Virus record (IMG/VR): IMGVR_UViG_2643221865_000003
Direction: 5' to 3' (one strand)
Source of the DNA: an uncultured virus (IMG/VR IMGVR_UViG_2643221865_000003)
Lineage: Duplodnaviria; Heunggongvirae; Uroviricota; Caudoviricetes
Length of the DNA: 64,000 bases
In this document: positions 37,853-47,517 of the stretch, one piece after another
Layout: the number at the start of each line of letters is the position of its first letter
Position numbering within the stretch: the stretch's first letter is position 1
The notes under the pieces: model-generated
The model's database searches: none
What the model was told of the DNA's origin: nothing
The model's input: only the letters and a program-made list of their open reading frames with translations
Translations under genes and position numbers: made by a program

Positions 37853-38515
37853 TCAGCCTGCCAGGTGCGCCACCGGCCGAGCCTGGCTCACCGGCTCCGG
37901 CGCACAGAGCTTGTACGAGTCGGTGACAGTTGCCGGATGCTGATCCCAGCGCTGACGAAGCCGCGCTCGGGCCCTGGACAGGAGCACCGCGGCGTGGCCG
38001 GGGGTGACTCCGGTGGCTTCGGCGATCTCGGCTGTGGTCTTCTGCTCGACTTCGGCGAGCCAGATGATGGCTCGCATCCGGTCGGGCAGCAGGTTGAACG
38101 CGTCGATCGCGTGACGGCCGCGTTCGGTGGTGATCGCCAAGTCCGTCGGGTCGGGCAGCACGGGGTCGAGGACGCCGTCGTCGACGTCGGTTTCGAACTC
38201 AGCTGCTTCCCACATAATGCCGGTGGTCAGCACTTCGGTGAAGGTGGAGCCGATCCCTTTCCCGCGGGCGACGTGCTCAACGACTCGGGTGAACACGTTG
38301 GCGACGACATCGTCGGTGTACCCGATGTCGAGTGATCTCACGTCCAGCTCGCGACGGGCCGCGGCGACAGCCCACGGGTAGGAGCGGCGGAGCATCTCGT
38401 CGAGCGCGGACATGTTGCCGGCGCTGACTTGTGTGGTGAGCGCCTTGTCGCTCATGCGTGCGTAGAGCTGGTCTGTCCGGGGCGCGGACGGGTGGTGCTG
38501 CAAAACTTCCCCCAT
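37853..38515 (-). CDS. Sigma-70 family (ECF-like) RNA polymerase sigma factor
   Basis: Region 4 LPDRMRAIIWL..TAEIAEATGVTPGHAAVLLSRARARL; region 2-like DDVVANVF; start 38515 or 38455. Confidence 0.8.
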   Translation of the reverse strand: MGEVLQHHPSAPRTDQLYARMSDKALTTQVSAGNMSALDEMLRRSYPWAVAAARRELDVRSLDIGYTDDVVANVFTRVVEHVARGKGIGSTFTEVLTTGIMWEAAEFETDVDDGVLDPVLPDPTDLAITTERGRHAIDAFNLLPDRMRAIIWLAEVEQKTTAEIAEATGVTPGHAAVLLSRARARLRQRWDQHPATVTDSYKLCAPEPVSQARPVAHLAG

Positions 38516-38743
38516 TGAAAGCTGTGTGACTGCTGTGACGATTAGACATTAGTGATTGTCGGCGCGCCGTGAACCCCGGAAGGTACCCCCCAACCGCGGA
38601 GGTGCCGTCGGGCGACTGGCGGCATCCCCGGAATCTCGGGCATCCTGGCGAGAGCCGGTTGTCACGGTGTCACCCGAAAGCCCCCGCACTGGGGCGGGCT
38701 GACGATCACCTACAGGTGTCAGACGGAAGGAAACCGGCCCGGA

Positions 38744-38752
38744 CCGCGCATG
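38744..38752 (+). promoter_or_regulatory. Motif A
   Basis: GAAA-N10-CCGCGCATG-AAGGT. Confidence 0.7.
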
Positions 38753-38775
38753 AAGGTGGTGACCAAGGAGACCCT

Positions 38776-39366
38776 GTGACCGCCGACGTGCCCACCATCA
38801 CCAGCCCCGACGAAACCCACCTCGCCGGATTCATCCGCTTCTTCGCCGCGAACGGCCACGACGCAGCACTCGCCACGAGCATGTTCCGGAAGATGCTGGC
38901 CGGCGCTCATTCCCCCGGCGTTGTCGGGGTGGTCGCCGAGGGTTCCGACGGTGACATCATCGGATTCGCCAGCGCCTCCGTCTGCCTTGGCGGAATCGCC
39001 GACGGCAACGCTGTGGTCGACGACTCCACCCTCCGCATCGACGTCGTGGACGGGTACACACACGACCGGTTCCCTGACCTCGACCTCGCCGTCGCGTTGT
39101 TCGAGGGAATCGCCGCCGTCGCACGGAAGCGCGGATTCGCTCAGATCGTTGCGTCAGCCGACCAGATGACAGCGACCGCTCTCGGCGAGAACTGGACAGT
39201 CGCCACCAGCTGGCGATGGACTGGCGCCGACGACTTCCTCGTGACCCAGTTCCCGATGGCTTTCCTCCCCGCTGAAGACGACGGCCATGTCGTCGTCCAG
39301 GTGTTCCGCGACGTGCACGGCACCGGGTTCGACATCCCCGACACTCTGGCGGACATCACCAGCTGA
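38776..39366 (+). CDS. GNAT-like fold protein, copy 3 (distant)
   Basis: SD AAGGAG; VAEGSDGDIIG, ALF..ARKRGF, W.WTGA, EDDGH. Confidence 0.65.
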   Translation: MTADVPTITSPDETHLAGFIRFFAANGHDAALATSMFRKMLAGAHSPGVVGVVAEGSDGDIIGFASASVCLGGIADGNAVVDDSTLRIDVVDGYTHDRFPDLDLAVALFEGIAAVARKRGFAQIVASADQMTATALGENWTVATSWRWTGADDFLVTQFPMAFLPAEDDGHVVVQVFRDVHGTGFDIPDTLADITS

Positions 39367-39407
39367 GCTCAGGCGGTCAGTCGGAGCCTGGTCTTCGCCA
39401 AGCAACA

Positions 39408-39444
39408 AAGAACGCCCGGCAGGGATCCCCCGCCGGGCGTTCTT
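39408..39444. terminator. Bidirectional intrinsic terminator
   Basis: AAGAACGCCCGGC..GCCGGGCGTTCTT between convergent genes. Confidence 0.8.
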
Positions 39445-39462
39445 GCTGTCACCGTGGCGCGG

Positions 39463-40542
39463 TTACGCGTCCGGGTTCAGGTGGATCAGGTCAGCCTCGT
39501 CGACCTGCGGGATCTGGAACGCCCAGTCGGGGATGAACCCGCTGTCGGTCATCGTCTTCAGCAGGGCGGGGAACGTGTAGTCCGGGTCGATGGCGATCGA
39601 CTGGTCGGCGAACACGGCGGCGCGGGACGACTGGCCGAGCGCCCAGGCGCACCAGCCGGCCATGACCAGCGGGGCGGCGCGCTTCTGGGTGGGTGCGGAC
39701 GCGGCGAGGAGCAGCGCGACGTCGAGTGCATTCTTGAGTCGGTCCACGTCCGGTCGGTCTCCCATACCTGCGAGGGTGGCGCCGAGGGTGTCGTGGATGA
39801 CGGTGTGGTTCGCGACGTTCAGGAGTGCGTGTCGGGCGATCTTGTCGGACTCGTCGTCGCGGCCGCGTGCCCACTGGATCAGGGCGACGTCGCGCATGGT
39901 GGGGCTGTCGAAGATCAGCAGGAGTCGTGCCCGCTCCGTGGCGGTCAGGGCGTCCGCGGTGATCGCGTCCTCGAACAGGGTGAAGATGCTGTCGAGGTTC
40001 CCGAGGTCGGTGGACGGCTGGTCGACCAGGGCGGCGATCTCGTCACGGATGGTGGCGTCGACGTCGGGGAGCTTGGTCTCACCGAGGTACGTGGCGGTGG
40101 GCGCTTCGACGAGCTCGCTCACGGCGGACTCGCCGATCTCCGCCAGCGGGTGTCCGTCGGCGGGTGTGTCCTTGTCGACGAAGGACATCCACCGGGTCGG
40201 GGTGACCATCAGGAAGTCGCGGAGGGGCGGGCCGACCATGTCGGAGTACGCGGTGAGGTCGGCGGCCACCTGAAGGTGCGGTGCGTACCCGTCGACGTAG
40301 TCGTCGTTGGTGTAGATGACGGGGACGATGTGGGTGAGGTTGTCGACGCGGGTGACGATCTTCAGCATGTCGGTGACCCAGTTCGGGCGGTTCGTCGCTT
40401 CCAGGTCGAAGCGGATCCCACCGATGGTGCGGTTGCCGTTGAACGCGACGAAGACGATGCTGTCCGTCGGCGTGTATCCGAGCATGGTGGGGAGCAGGGC
40501 GAGGAAGTCGTTGCCGGACTTGGCTTTGATGACGTTGGTCAT
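39463..40542 (-). CDS. DUF4192 family protein
   Basis: DFLALLPTMLGYTPTDSIV..RFDL, MRD, GWCAWALG..A; SD AAGGAG. Confidence 0.85.
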   Translation of the reverse strand: MTNVIKAKSGNDFLALLPTMLGYTPTDSIVFVAFNGNRTIGGIRFDLEATNRPNWVTDMLKIVTRVDNLTHIVPVIYTNDDYVDGYAPHLQVAADLTAYSDMVGPPLRDFLMVTPTRWMSFVDKDTPADGHPLAEIGESAVSELVEAPTATYLGETKLPDVDATIRDEIAALVDQPSTDLGNLDSIFTLFEDAITADALTATERARLLLIFDSPTMRDVALIQWARGRDDESDKIARHALLNVANHTVIHDTLGATLAGMGDRPDVDRLKNALDVALLLAASAPTQKRAAPLVMAGWCAWALGQSSRAAVFADQSIAIDPDYTFPALLKTMTDSGFIPDWAFQIPQVDEADLIHLNPDA

Positions 40543-40572
40543 GAGGTGATTCTCCTTCTGGGTCGTCACCCA

Positions 40573-40581
40573 CATGTGCGG
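40573..40581 (-). promoter_or_regulatory. Motif A
   Basis: CCGCACATG-TGGGT. Confidence 0.7.
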
Positions 40582-40624
40582 AACAGCCGCAATCTGCGCT
40601 CCCGCATAGCCGATCTGATTCAGC

Positions 40625-41122
40625 TCAGAGTGCGAGAAGCTCCAGCACCAGCTCAGCACGCTCCGGCGGCAGAACCCCAGCGTTCGACGCCACCTTCTGC
40701 TTCGACAGCCACCGGCCGAGCTTGTCCTCAGCGGCACGCTCCGGCGGCAACGTCGACGACGGCAACCGATGCGTCAGCGGCTTCCTGCCTGTCGAGTCGA
40801 TGAACTCCCGCACAGCTTCCGCTTTCGACTCCCACCGGTGATCCCGGGGAGCGCACTCAACCCACAGATCACCCAGCGCAGACTTCAGGTACGCCCGACG
40901 CGGATCGGTGAGAGTTCCGTGCCGGTCAGCTTCACGCTGCTTCGACACCCACCTGCCCAACCGGTCCTCCGCCGCCAGATCAGCCGGCATGTCCCGGGCA
41001 GCACCCATCCGCGACAACGGCAGATGGCCGTGCTCGCCGAGGAACGCAGCGACCGAGTCAGCGGTCTCACGCCAACCAGCGCCGACCACCTGGTCGACGA
41101 AGGAATCAAAGGGGAAGTCCAT
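40625..41122 (-). CDS. Stand-alone HA-repeat protein (2 repeats)
   Basis: HGHLP..LGRWVSKQR; LGRWLSKQK; motif A variant TCGCGCATA 8 nt upstream. Confidence 0.8.
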   Translation of the reverse strand: MDFPFDSFVDQVVGAGWRETADSVAAFLGEHGHLPLSRMGAARDMPADLAAEDRLGRWVSKQREADRHGTLTDPRRAYLKSALGDLWVECAPRDHRWESKAEAVREFIDSTGRKPLTHRLPSSTLPPERAAEDKLGRWLSKQKVASNAGVLPPERAELVLELLAL

Positions 41123-41215
41123 ACATCTTCTATGCGCGAGGGAGGGTGCCGGCTGCTGATGCCAGCCGGGTGCAGAGGTCACGCATAGAACCGGTGGAAC
41201 GAATACCGGAGACCC

Positions 41216-42325
41216 ATGATGATAGACATCGACCAGATCCTTACCGACGCTGCAGAGGCGGTGACCGCCGAGATGCCCAAAGACACAAGTGCGCAATGGC
41301 GTTCCCGCTTGGACGCCTTCAAGGCGTGGAAGGAGGTCTCCGGGAAGTGGCCGTCCATGAACTCTGTCGATCTGGACGAACGCAGCTTCGCCCAATGGCG
41401 CAACAAGCAACTGCGACTTCCAGCTGGGTCTGACCGGCGTGCCACCCTCGACAACGAGGTGCCGGGCTGGGTCCGTTCGCAGTCCCGCTGGGATGAGGCG
41501 TTCGCTGCGCTGCTCGACTGGTCCGCCGACCATGACGGTGCCACCCCGCGCGTCGGCGCGTCAGGCGATGAAGGGCCCCACGCCACATTCCTCAGGCACA
41601 ACCGACTTCACCCGGACCGGGTGACCGCAGAGCAGCGTGCGCTTCTGGATGTGGCTTACCCAGGTTGGTGGAAGACGCAGCACGACAAGTGGATCGAGGA
41701 GCTCGACGGGTTCTGCGTCTGGTTCGACGAGAACGGCAAGACGTTCCCCCGCCGATCGGTGAAGGGGACAGAAGAGTTCCGCTGGAACCGCTGGCTGGAA
41801 GGGCTACGCCGCCGCACCAACGACCCGAAGAAGCTGGAACTCCTCGACGCCAGAGTTCCGGGATGGCGAGAGTCGGGAAGCGTCGCGGAAAGAATCACCA
41901 CCCCAGACCTGACATGGATGTTGGGGTTCAATGCGACATCCGACTGGGTCGACGAGCACGGAGCGCTCCCACGTTCCAACGGCGACGACACCGATGAGTC
42001 GTTGCACGGGAACTGGCTGAGACTCCAACGCCGCCTCGCTGATGGTGAATGCGCCGAACTCCTCGACGAGCGGCTCCCCGGATGGCGGACAGGCCGGGCC
42101 TCTTCCCCTCGCTGGCACATGTTCGTTGCGAACGTGGAAGCGACAGCTGCTTGGCTGGAACAGAACCCCGGCCGCACGCCGACATACTCCGAACCGAGTG
42201 TTGAAGGGCGCGCCGCGCACCAGTTCCTCACAAGGCTGAGGCACGCGTCGGACAACTACTCAGAGAAGGCCCTCGCCCTCGCCGATAAGCGATTGCCTGG
42301 ATGGCGGACCACGAGACAGAGCTGA
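41216..42325 (+). CDS. Stand-alone HA-repeat protein (5 repeats)
   Basis: Five units ending (L/A)D..PGW. Confidence 0.8.
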   Translation: MMIDIDQILTDAAEAVTAEMPKDTSAQWRSRLDAFKAWKEVSGKWPSMNSVDLDERSFAQWRNKQLRLPAGSDRRATLDNEVPGWVRSQSRWDEAFAALLDWSADHDGATPRVGASGDEGPHATFLRHNRLHPDRVTAEQRALLDVAYPGWWKTQHDKWIEELDGFCVWFDENGKTFPRRSVKGTEEFRWNRWLEGLRRRTNDPKKLELLDARVPGWRESGSVAERITTPDLTWMLGFNATSDWVDEHGALPRSNGDDTDESLHGNWLRLQRRLADGECAELLDERLPGWRTGRASSPRWHMFVANVEATAAWLEQNPGRTPTYSEPSVEGRAAHQFLTRLRHASDNYSEKALALADKRLPGWRTTRQS

Positions 42326-42400
42326 TCTCGGAGGAGCCGCGGGCCTCCAACCCGACGCTGAAACGCGCAGCCGGCCTGTTACGCCACGCATAGGACCCCT

Positions 42401-43075
42401 ATGCATGACACAACAACTACCGATCAGGCGTTCACCGACGCGCTGGACGCCCTTGCCGCTTTCGTGACTGACCACAGCCGCACCCCCAGCATCAAAGAGA
42501 CCTCAGACGGCGTCCGCGTCGGCGAGTGGCTCGCAACGCAGCGCGCCCAGTACCGCAACGGCCGGCTCACCGGCGAGCGTGCCACCGCGATCACCGCGAT
42601 CATCCCCGGAAGCCTCGACACCCTCGAAGACGCATGGCGGGCACGGGCTGCCGACCTAGAACGCTTCATCCAGGTCCGTCACCGCACACCACTCCGCAAC
42701 GGCCGCGGCGAAGCATCCCTCGCCATCTGGCTCATGAACCAGCAGACCGCAGAGAAGAAGGGCACCCTCCCGGCACCCAGATCCGAGCGCCTCGCCCAGA
42801 TCCTCAGCCAGTCCGGCGAGACCCTGGCGAAAGGTGCCTGGTCGACCACGCTCAGCAATCTGGAGGCGTTCGTCGCCGCCAACGGCAGGCTCCCCCGACG
42901 CGGCAGCTCAGACATCGTCGAGCGCCGCCTCGCCGATTGGGTCAACACCCAGCGCCACCGCCACAACACCGTGAAGAACCTCACCATCGACCGGATCAAC
43001 CGGCTCGCCGCCATCCCCGGATGGGCATGGTCAGCGAAGGAACCCAGCACCGTGCTGAACGCCGGACTGGCCTGA
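42401..43075 (+). CDS. Stand-alone HA-repeat protein (3 repeats)
   Basis: GEWLATQR, IWLMNQQ, DWVNTQR..IPGW; motif A variant CCACGCATA 8 nt upstream. Confidence 0.85.
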   Translation: MHDTTTTDQAFTDALDALAAFVTDHSRTPSIKETSDGVRVGEWLATQRAQYRNGRLTGERATAITAIIPGSLDTLEDAWRARAADLERFIQVRHRTPLRNGRGEASLAIWLMNQQTAEKKGTLPAPRSERLAQILSQSGETLAKGAWSTTLSNLEAFVAANGRLPRRGSSDIVERRLADWVNTQRHRHNTVKNLTIDRINRLAAIPGWAWSAKEPSTVLNAGLA

Positions 43076-43096
43076 AACTGCCGAAACACGTCACGG

Positions 43097-43105
43097 CCGC
43101 GCATG
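43097..43105 (+). promoter_or_regulatory. Motif A
   Basis: GAAA-N10-CCGCGCATG-TCGGT. Confidence 0.7.
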
Positions 43106-43131
43106 TCGGTTATGACTGAACGGATCCACCC

Positions 43132-44115
43132 ATGAACCCCTACACCACCGTCGAGGAGCGCTTGTCGCTGCTTCGAGTGTTCGTCGACCGTGAAGGTCAC
43201 GCTCGTGTCCCTGCCCGTCATGAGGAGTCGGGCCGCGGGCTGGGTAGATGGGTCGACAAGTGGCGTCGCGCGCATCTGAATGGCGCCCTGGACACTGACC
43301 TGGCTCGCACCCTGGAGGCTCTGCCCGGTTGGGTGTGGTCCGGCAATGAGTTCATGTACGAGCGCGGGCTGAACGCCCTCCGCGAGTACGTTGCTGTGGC
43401 CGGCCACTGCAACCTCAGGTCCGAGGAGATCCTCGGCGGTGTGGAGCTCGGCAAGTGGGTGCGGCGCCGCACCCTGGAGTTCGAGCGCGGCGAACTGTCC
43501 GATGACCGGCGTGCTGCGCTTGAAGAGATCCCCGGCTGGTTCTGGGACCGCCGCGACCGGCAGCTGTTCGCTGAACTTCGAGTGTGGGCGCGGTGGTCTG
43601 AAGCCCGGAACCTCCTCGTCCCCGCCCGGAACGAAGCGTTCCGCGGGTTCCCGATCGGGCATTGGCACCGGGACCTGGAGAAGAAGTCAGCTGCGGGGAA
43701 GCTCTCACCGTCGGCCGCCGCGATGGTCGAGAAGGCCGGCATCATCCTCGATGTCGACGCCGCCCATTTCGCGACGTTGCTCCGGGCGGTGAAGGAGCAT
43801 GCTGATCGGACCGGGTCGTTGGACATCCCGTGGGATGTCCGTGTCGACGGTGTGCTGCTCGCCCGGTGGTTCTACAGGCAGCAGGAGCTTGCCCGGTTCG
43901 GTGACCTTGACATGCCTCGCGTTCACGCGTTGGCGCGGGTGATCGAGGAAGGTACCGGTGAGGACGTCCCGGACCGGTTCTACTTGCTGGCGCAGTCCCG
44001 CCGGCTGGAGCATGAGTTTCGGCAGGCGCCTGCTGGACTCGTGTCTCCTCCTGCCCGGCGTGCGACCTGGGCCCGGATGCCGGTCCGCGAGCTGCACGAC
44101 GTCGTCATCGGCTGA
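43132..44115 (+). CDS. Stand-alone HA-repeat protein (4 repeats)
   Basis: EGHARVP..LGRWV..LEALPGWVW, a canonical HA pattern. Confidence 0.85.
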   Translation: MNPYTTVEERLSLLRVFVDREGHARVPARHEESGRGLGRWVDKWRRAHLNGALDTDLARTLEALPGWVWSGNEFMYERGLNALREYVAVAGHCNLRSEEILGGVELGKWVRRRTLEFERGELSDDRRAALEEIPGWFWDRRDRQLFAELRVWARWSEARNLLVPARNEAFRGFPIGHWHRDLEKKSAAGKLSPSAAAMVEKAGIILDVDAAHFATLLRAVKEHADRTGSLDIPWDVRVDGVLLARWFYRQQELARFGDLDMPRVHALARVIEEGTGEDVPDRFYLLAQSRRLEHEFRQAPAGLVSPPARRATWARMPVRELHDVVIG

Positions 44116-44121
44116 GCACTC

Positions 44122-45279
44122 CTACCCGACGGCGTCCCATCCGTTGACCCGTCGGACGTAGTCGGCGAACCCGGGGACGGAGAACTCGAGGATCCCGGCG
44201 GCGGGCGATGCGATGATCCCCTTCTTGATGATCCGGTCGCGTGCGGGCGCGAGCGCTTGCGTGGATTTCCCGAGCGAGTCGGCGACGTTCCCGGAGAATG
44301 CACGGTTGCCGGCTCCCATCTGGTGGACCATCGTGTCGACGTACTCACGCTCGCGGGGCGACAGGCGGGAGTACCGGATCTGGTACAGGCCGTTGTCGAG
44401 CTGTCGGCGTCCGGCCGCCACTCCTGCTTCAGCGTCGGCCAGTGTGATGGGGCTTCTGTCGGCGACTTTCCACGCTTCGCTGGCGAAGAGCTGCACCATG
44501 AACGGGTAGCCCTCGGACTTGTCGGCGATGAGCTCCGCGGCTGCTGGTTCCCAGATGACACCCTGACCGAAGGCCGGGGCGGTCACCGCTTCGATGCTGT
44601 CGGCTCGGGCCAGGAACCCGATGCTTTCGTAGCGGAACCTTTCGGCGTAGGTGTTCGCTTTCGCCATGTCGGCGGGGAGGTACGGCAGGCCGGCTCCGAT
44701 CAGGACGATCGGTTCGTCGCGGACGGCGCCGAGTGCCTGGATGAGGAGTGCCAGGTCTCGGACCAGGAACTCCTGGAGCTCGTCGACGATGAGCGCGACG
44801 CCGACGCTGTGGCTGCGGGCGGTCTTCCCGAGGGAGCGGAGGAACAGGACAAGGTCGTTGTACGGGTCGGTGATCGGTTTGCCGGATGCGACGGAGAACG
44901 ACACCCCGGCGGGCCCTGCGGTGAGTCGCATCCCGCCGATCTTCGCCAATGCTTTCGGCAGCGCTGCCCTGAGTCCGCTGTTGGGGAGCTGGTTGGTGCT
45001 GTCGGTGACGATGGTGCGGATCGCGTCGCCGGTGTCTGTGTTGCGTCGCACTTCGAAGTAGCCGGCCATCCACCCGCGGGCGCGGAGGATGTCGCGGACT
45101 TCGAACAGGAGGCTGGTCTTCCCGACGCCGCGGTATCCGGTGAATATCATCGGGTTCACTTCCCGGCCGCCGTCCACCTGGTCGGCGATGGACATGGCGA
45201 TGGCGGTCTGCTCGAACCGGCCGGGGAGATCGCCTGGTCTGGTGCCGGCGCCTGGGGTGTACGGGTTGATCAGGTCCAT
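44122..45279 (-). CDS. AAA_16/ORC-like P-loop ATPase with C-terminal wHTH
   Basis: NPYTPGAG..GR; Walker A GYRGVGKT; Walker B LIVDELQ; GYPF. Confidence 0.85.
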   Translation of the reverse strand: MDLINPYTPGAGTRPGDLPGRFEQTAIAMSIADQVDGGREVNPMIFTGYRGVGKTSLLFEVRDILRARGWMAGYFEVRRNTDTGDAIRTIVTDSTNQLPNSGLRAALPKALAKIGGMRLTAGPAGVSFSVASGKPITDPYNDLVLFLRSLGKTARSHSVGVALIVDELQEFLVRDLALLIQALGAVRDEPIVLIGAGLPYLPADMAKANTYAERFRYESIGFLARADSIEAVTAPAFGQGVIWEPAAAELIADKSEGYPFMVQLFASEAWKVADRSPITLADAEAGVAAGRRQLDNGLYQIRYSRLSPREREYVDTMVHQMGAGNRAFSGNVADSLGKSTQALAPARDRIIKKGIIASPAAGILEFSVPGFADYVRRVNGWDAVG

Positions 45280-45513
45280 CCTGCTCCGATGCTCAGTTTT
45301 GATATACGCTACTGGATCGCAACATGATGGTGTTGGCGATTTTCGCTCACCGAGACCGCGTAGCTGACCGTGAGATCCGTGGATTTCCGGGCATCTCAAC
45401 CACCTCCCCCGAAGTGGGGGTAGGGCTTAACCCTCTCGGAACGTCATTCCTGCGCATGAGAAGGGTGCAGGTCGCATCCGCCTCCTGCATCACTCAGCAG
45501 GAAGAAGCCCATC

Positions 45514-46089
45514 ATGACCGAGAACACCAACCGCAGCAACAACGTCGACACCCATTGGAACGCTGTCCGCGCCGCCGCGCTCACCGTCCAGGACTGGACC
45601 GAGTACACGTACAACTCCCAGAACCTCTGGCAGCTCGACTTCGAGGACGGCTGGCGCGACACGTACGCCGGGTTCGTCTCAGTCGCCCGTACTGTCGTCA
45701 TGGCATGGGCAGTGGATGAGTCCGGCCTCACGAAGGAGGAGCACACCGGGTGGGCGGCGTCGATGATGTGGGGCATCGCGGAGGACATCTCCGCGGGCGG
45801 GTTCACCCTCGCTGACGGCCGCCGTGTCGACCCGGGCTCCCAGAACGCCGACCGGGCAGCCCAGTTCGCAGCTCTCCTCGCCAACAACCTCGACGGCGCC
45901 AACGGTGTCGGCGGGTTCAAGCCGCTCCGTCACGCAGACTACGACGAAGCGCGGATGGAGACCATCGACATGGTGTGCGGAGTGGTGGCGCACTTGGTGA
46001 CGCTCGCCGAGCGGAAGTCCCCGGTGTACGACGCCGACTACGGGGTGCTGGACGCTGTCGTCGACGACGTCGACGAGATGCTCGCCTGA
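45514..46089 (+). CDS. Hypothetical protein
   Basis: Protein-like; motif A variant CTGCGCATG at 45450. Confidence 0.75.
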   Translation: MTENTNRSNNVDTHWNAVRAAALTVQDWTEYTYNSQNLWQLDFEDGWRDTYAGFVSVARTVVMAWAVDESGLTKEEHTGWAASMMWGIAEDISAGGFTLADGRRVDPGSQNADRAAQFAALLANNLDGANGVGGFKPLRHADYDEARMETIDMVCGVVAHLVTLAERKSPVYDADYGVLDAVVDDVDEMLA

Positions 46090-46151
46090 GGACGGCTCGG
46101 CCGACATCAGCAGGTGTTCGAATGACGGCGGGTTGCCAGTACTCTGACGCC

Positions 46152-46811
46152 ATGAAGGTTGTCGCTGGTCCGTTCCCCGCTACGGACGGATACTCCATCT
46201 CCGCTGGCGCGATGGCCTTGGTCGTGAAGACCTGGGCTCTCGACAGCAGCACGGTCGAGCGTGTCCAGTTTGTGGATTCCGGGAAGAGCTACAACTACGC
46301 GAAAGGCGGCGCCGGCGTTTTCGTCGGCGCCGCTGTAGCCGGCCCGGCGGGCGCGCTCGTCGGCGGGCTGCTTCCGAAGGCGTTCAAGGACTCAACGGTT
46401 CGCTTCGTGATCGAGTTCAAGGACGGACGTCAGGCGCACTGTGTTGGTTCCCCGAGAGAGTACGAGCGGGCGCTGAAGTACTCACTTCGTCCGCCGCACG
46501 ATGGATCGCCAGAGAAGTTCGTTCCGTCTGTGGCTGACAGAGATCGGCTCCGTGCTGAGCTCGATGCCGATGAAGCTGCGAAGAGGACTGAAAAGAGGAC
46601 TGAAAGGGACCGGCTTCGGGCGGAAGCGGCCGCAGGCAAGGCGTCGAAGAAGATCGACAAGGCCCAGCTCCGTGCAGACTCCGCTGCTCAGAAGTTGACC
46701 CCCGAGCAGAAGGCGGAGCGAAAGGCCCGCATGAAGGCCGTCATCGATCAGAACCTGCCGTTCAAAGAGGCAATGCGCCGCAGCGCGGAGATCGACGCGG
46801 AGTACCGCTGA
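46152..46811 (+). CDS. Glycine-zipper protein with charged coiled tail
   Basis: GAAVAGPAGALVGG, IEFKDGR; leaderless after TACTCT. Confidence 0.75.
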   Translation: MKVVAGPFPATDGYSISAGAMALVVKTWALDSSTVERVQFVDSGKSYNYAKGGAGVFVGAAVAGPAGALVGGLLPKAFKDSTVRFVIEFKDGRQAHCVGSPREYERALKYSLRPPHDGSPEKFVPSVADRDRLRAELDADEAAKRTEKRTERDRLRAEAAAGKASKKIDKAQLRADSAAQKLTPEQKAERKARMKAVIDQNLPFKEAMRRSAEIDAEYR

Positions 46812-46926
46812 GCCTGGACAGCCACCCCGATTACGCCTGGCAGCCGCCGGCACCGGAGGCGTCGTGACAGCCGGCCCGATCCGCCACGCATAGAGATAGG
46901 TTGCGGTTCTGCAAAACGTTCCGTGT

Positions 46927-46935
46927 CCGCACATG
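46927..46935 (+). promoter_or_regulatory. Motif A
   Basis: AAAA-N10-CCGCACATG; variant CCACGCATA at 46884. Confidence 0.7.
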
Positions 46936-46994
46936 AAGGGGGCACGACTGTACCCACAGTCGGACCAGCCCACCAACTTGTAGGAGCACCACCC

Positions 46995-47513
46995 TTGAAC
47001 CCGACCAGCACAACACCCGGAAACGTCCTGAACGACGCCAGCTACGCGTTGGAGGCGTGGGTGACGCAGGAGCAGCTGTTCGTGAACCACGACGTCACCG
47101 TCGACACGTTCCAGTACCTGTACTCCGGGTTCGTCACCCTCGGCGCGTTCTCGCTGTTCTCCTCCGCTTCGCTGGCTGTCACTGACGACGCCCAGGTGGC
47201 GTTCACTCTGGCCGGCAGCACCCTCGAGGCGATCCTCGACGACGTGTACACCGATGGTGACCCGGCCGACCTGGCTGTCGCCGCAGCTCACCAGTTCGGT
47301 GCTGCTGTCGCGGAGTTCATCACCCGCGCGGCCGCCGGCGCCGGCGACACCGCCGATCTGCAGATCCCCGCCACGTCGGAGGAGCGCGCTGTCGTCCTCG
47401 ACGAGGCCGCCCGTCTGGTGGAAGCGATCGTGTCGATCCACGCTGAGCTGACCGAACTGTCGCTCGACGAGATGCTGTACGAGTACCGTGCTGAGGCCGG
47501 GCTGCTAGCTTGA
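46995..47513 (+). CDS. Hypothetical protein
   Basis: TTG start after AGGAG. Confidence 0.7.
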   Translation: MNPTSTTPGNVLNDASYALEAWVTQEQLFVNHDVTVDTFQYLYSGFVTLGAFSLFSSASLAVTDDAQVAFTLAGSTLEAILDDVYTDGDPADLAVAAAHQFGAAVAEFITRAAAGAGDTADLQIPATSEERAVVLDEAARLVEAIVSIHAELTELSLDEMLYEYRAEAGLLA

Positions 47514-47517
47514 TTCC

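Noticed and set aside
39454..40803. Long antisense ORFs (also 44257..45327 and 50543..51745)
   Set aside because: High-GC shadow frames opposite recognisable genes
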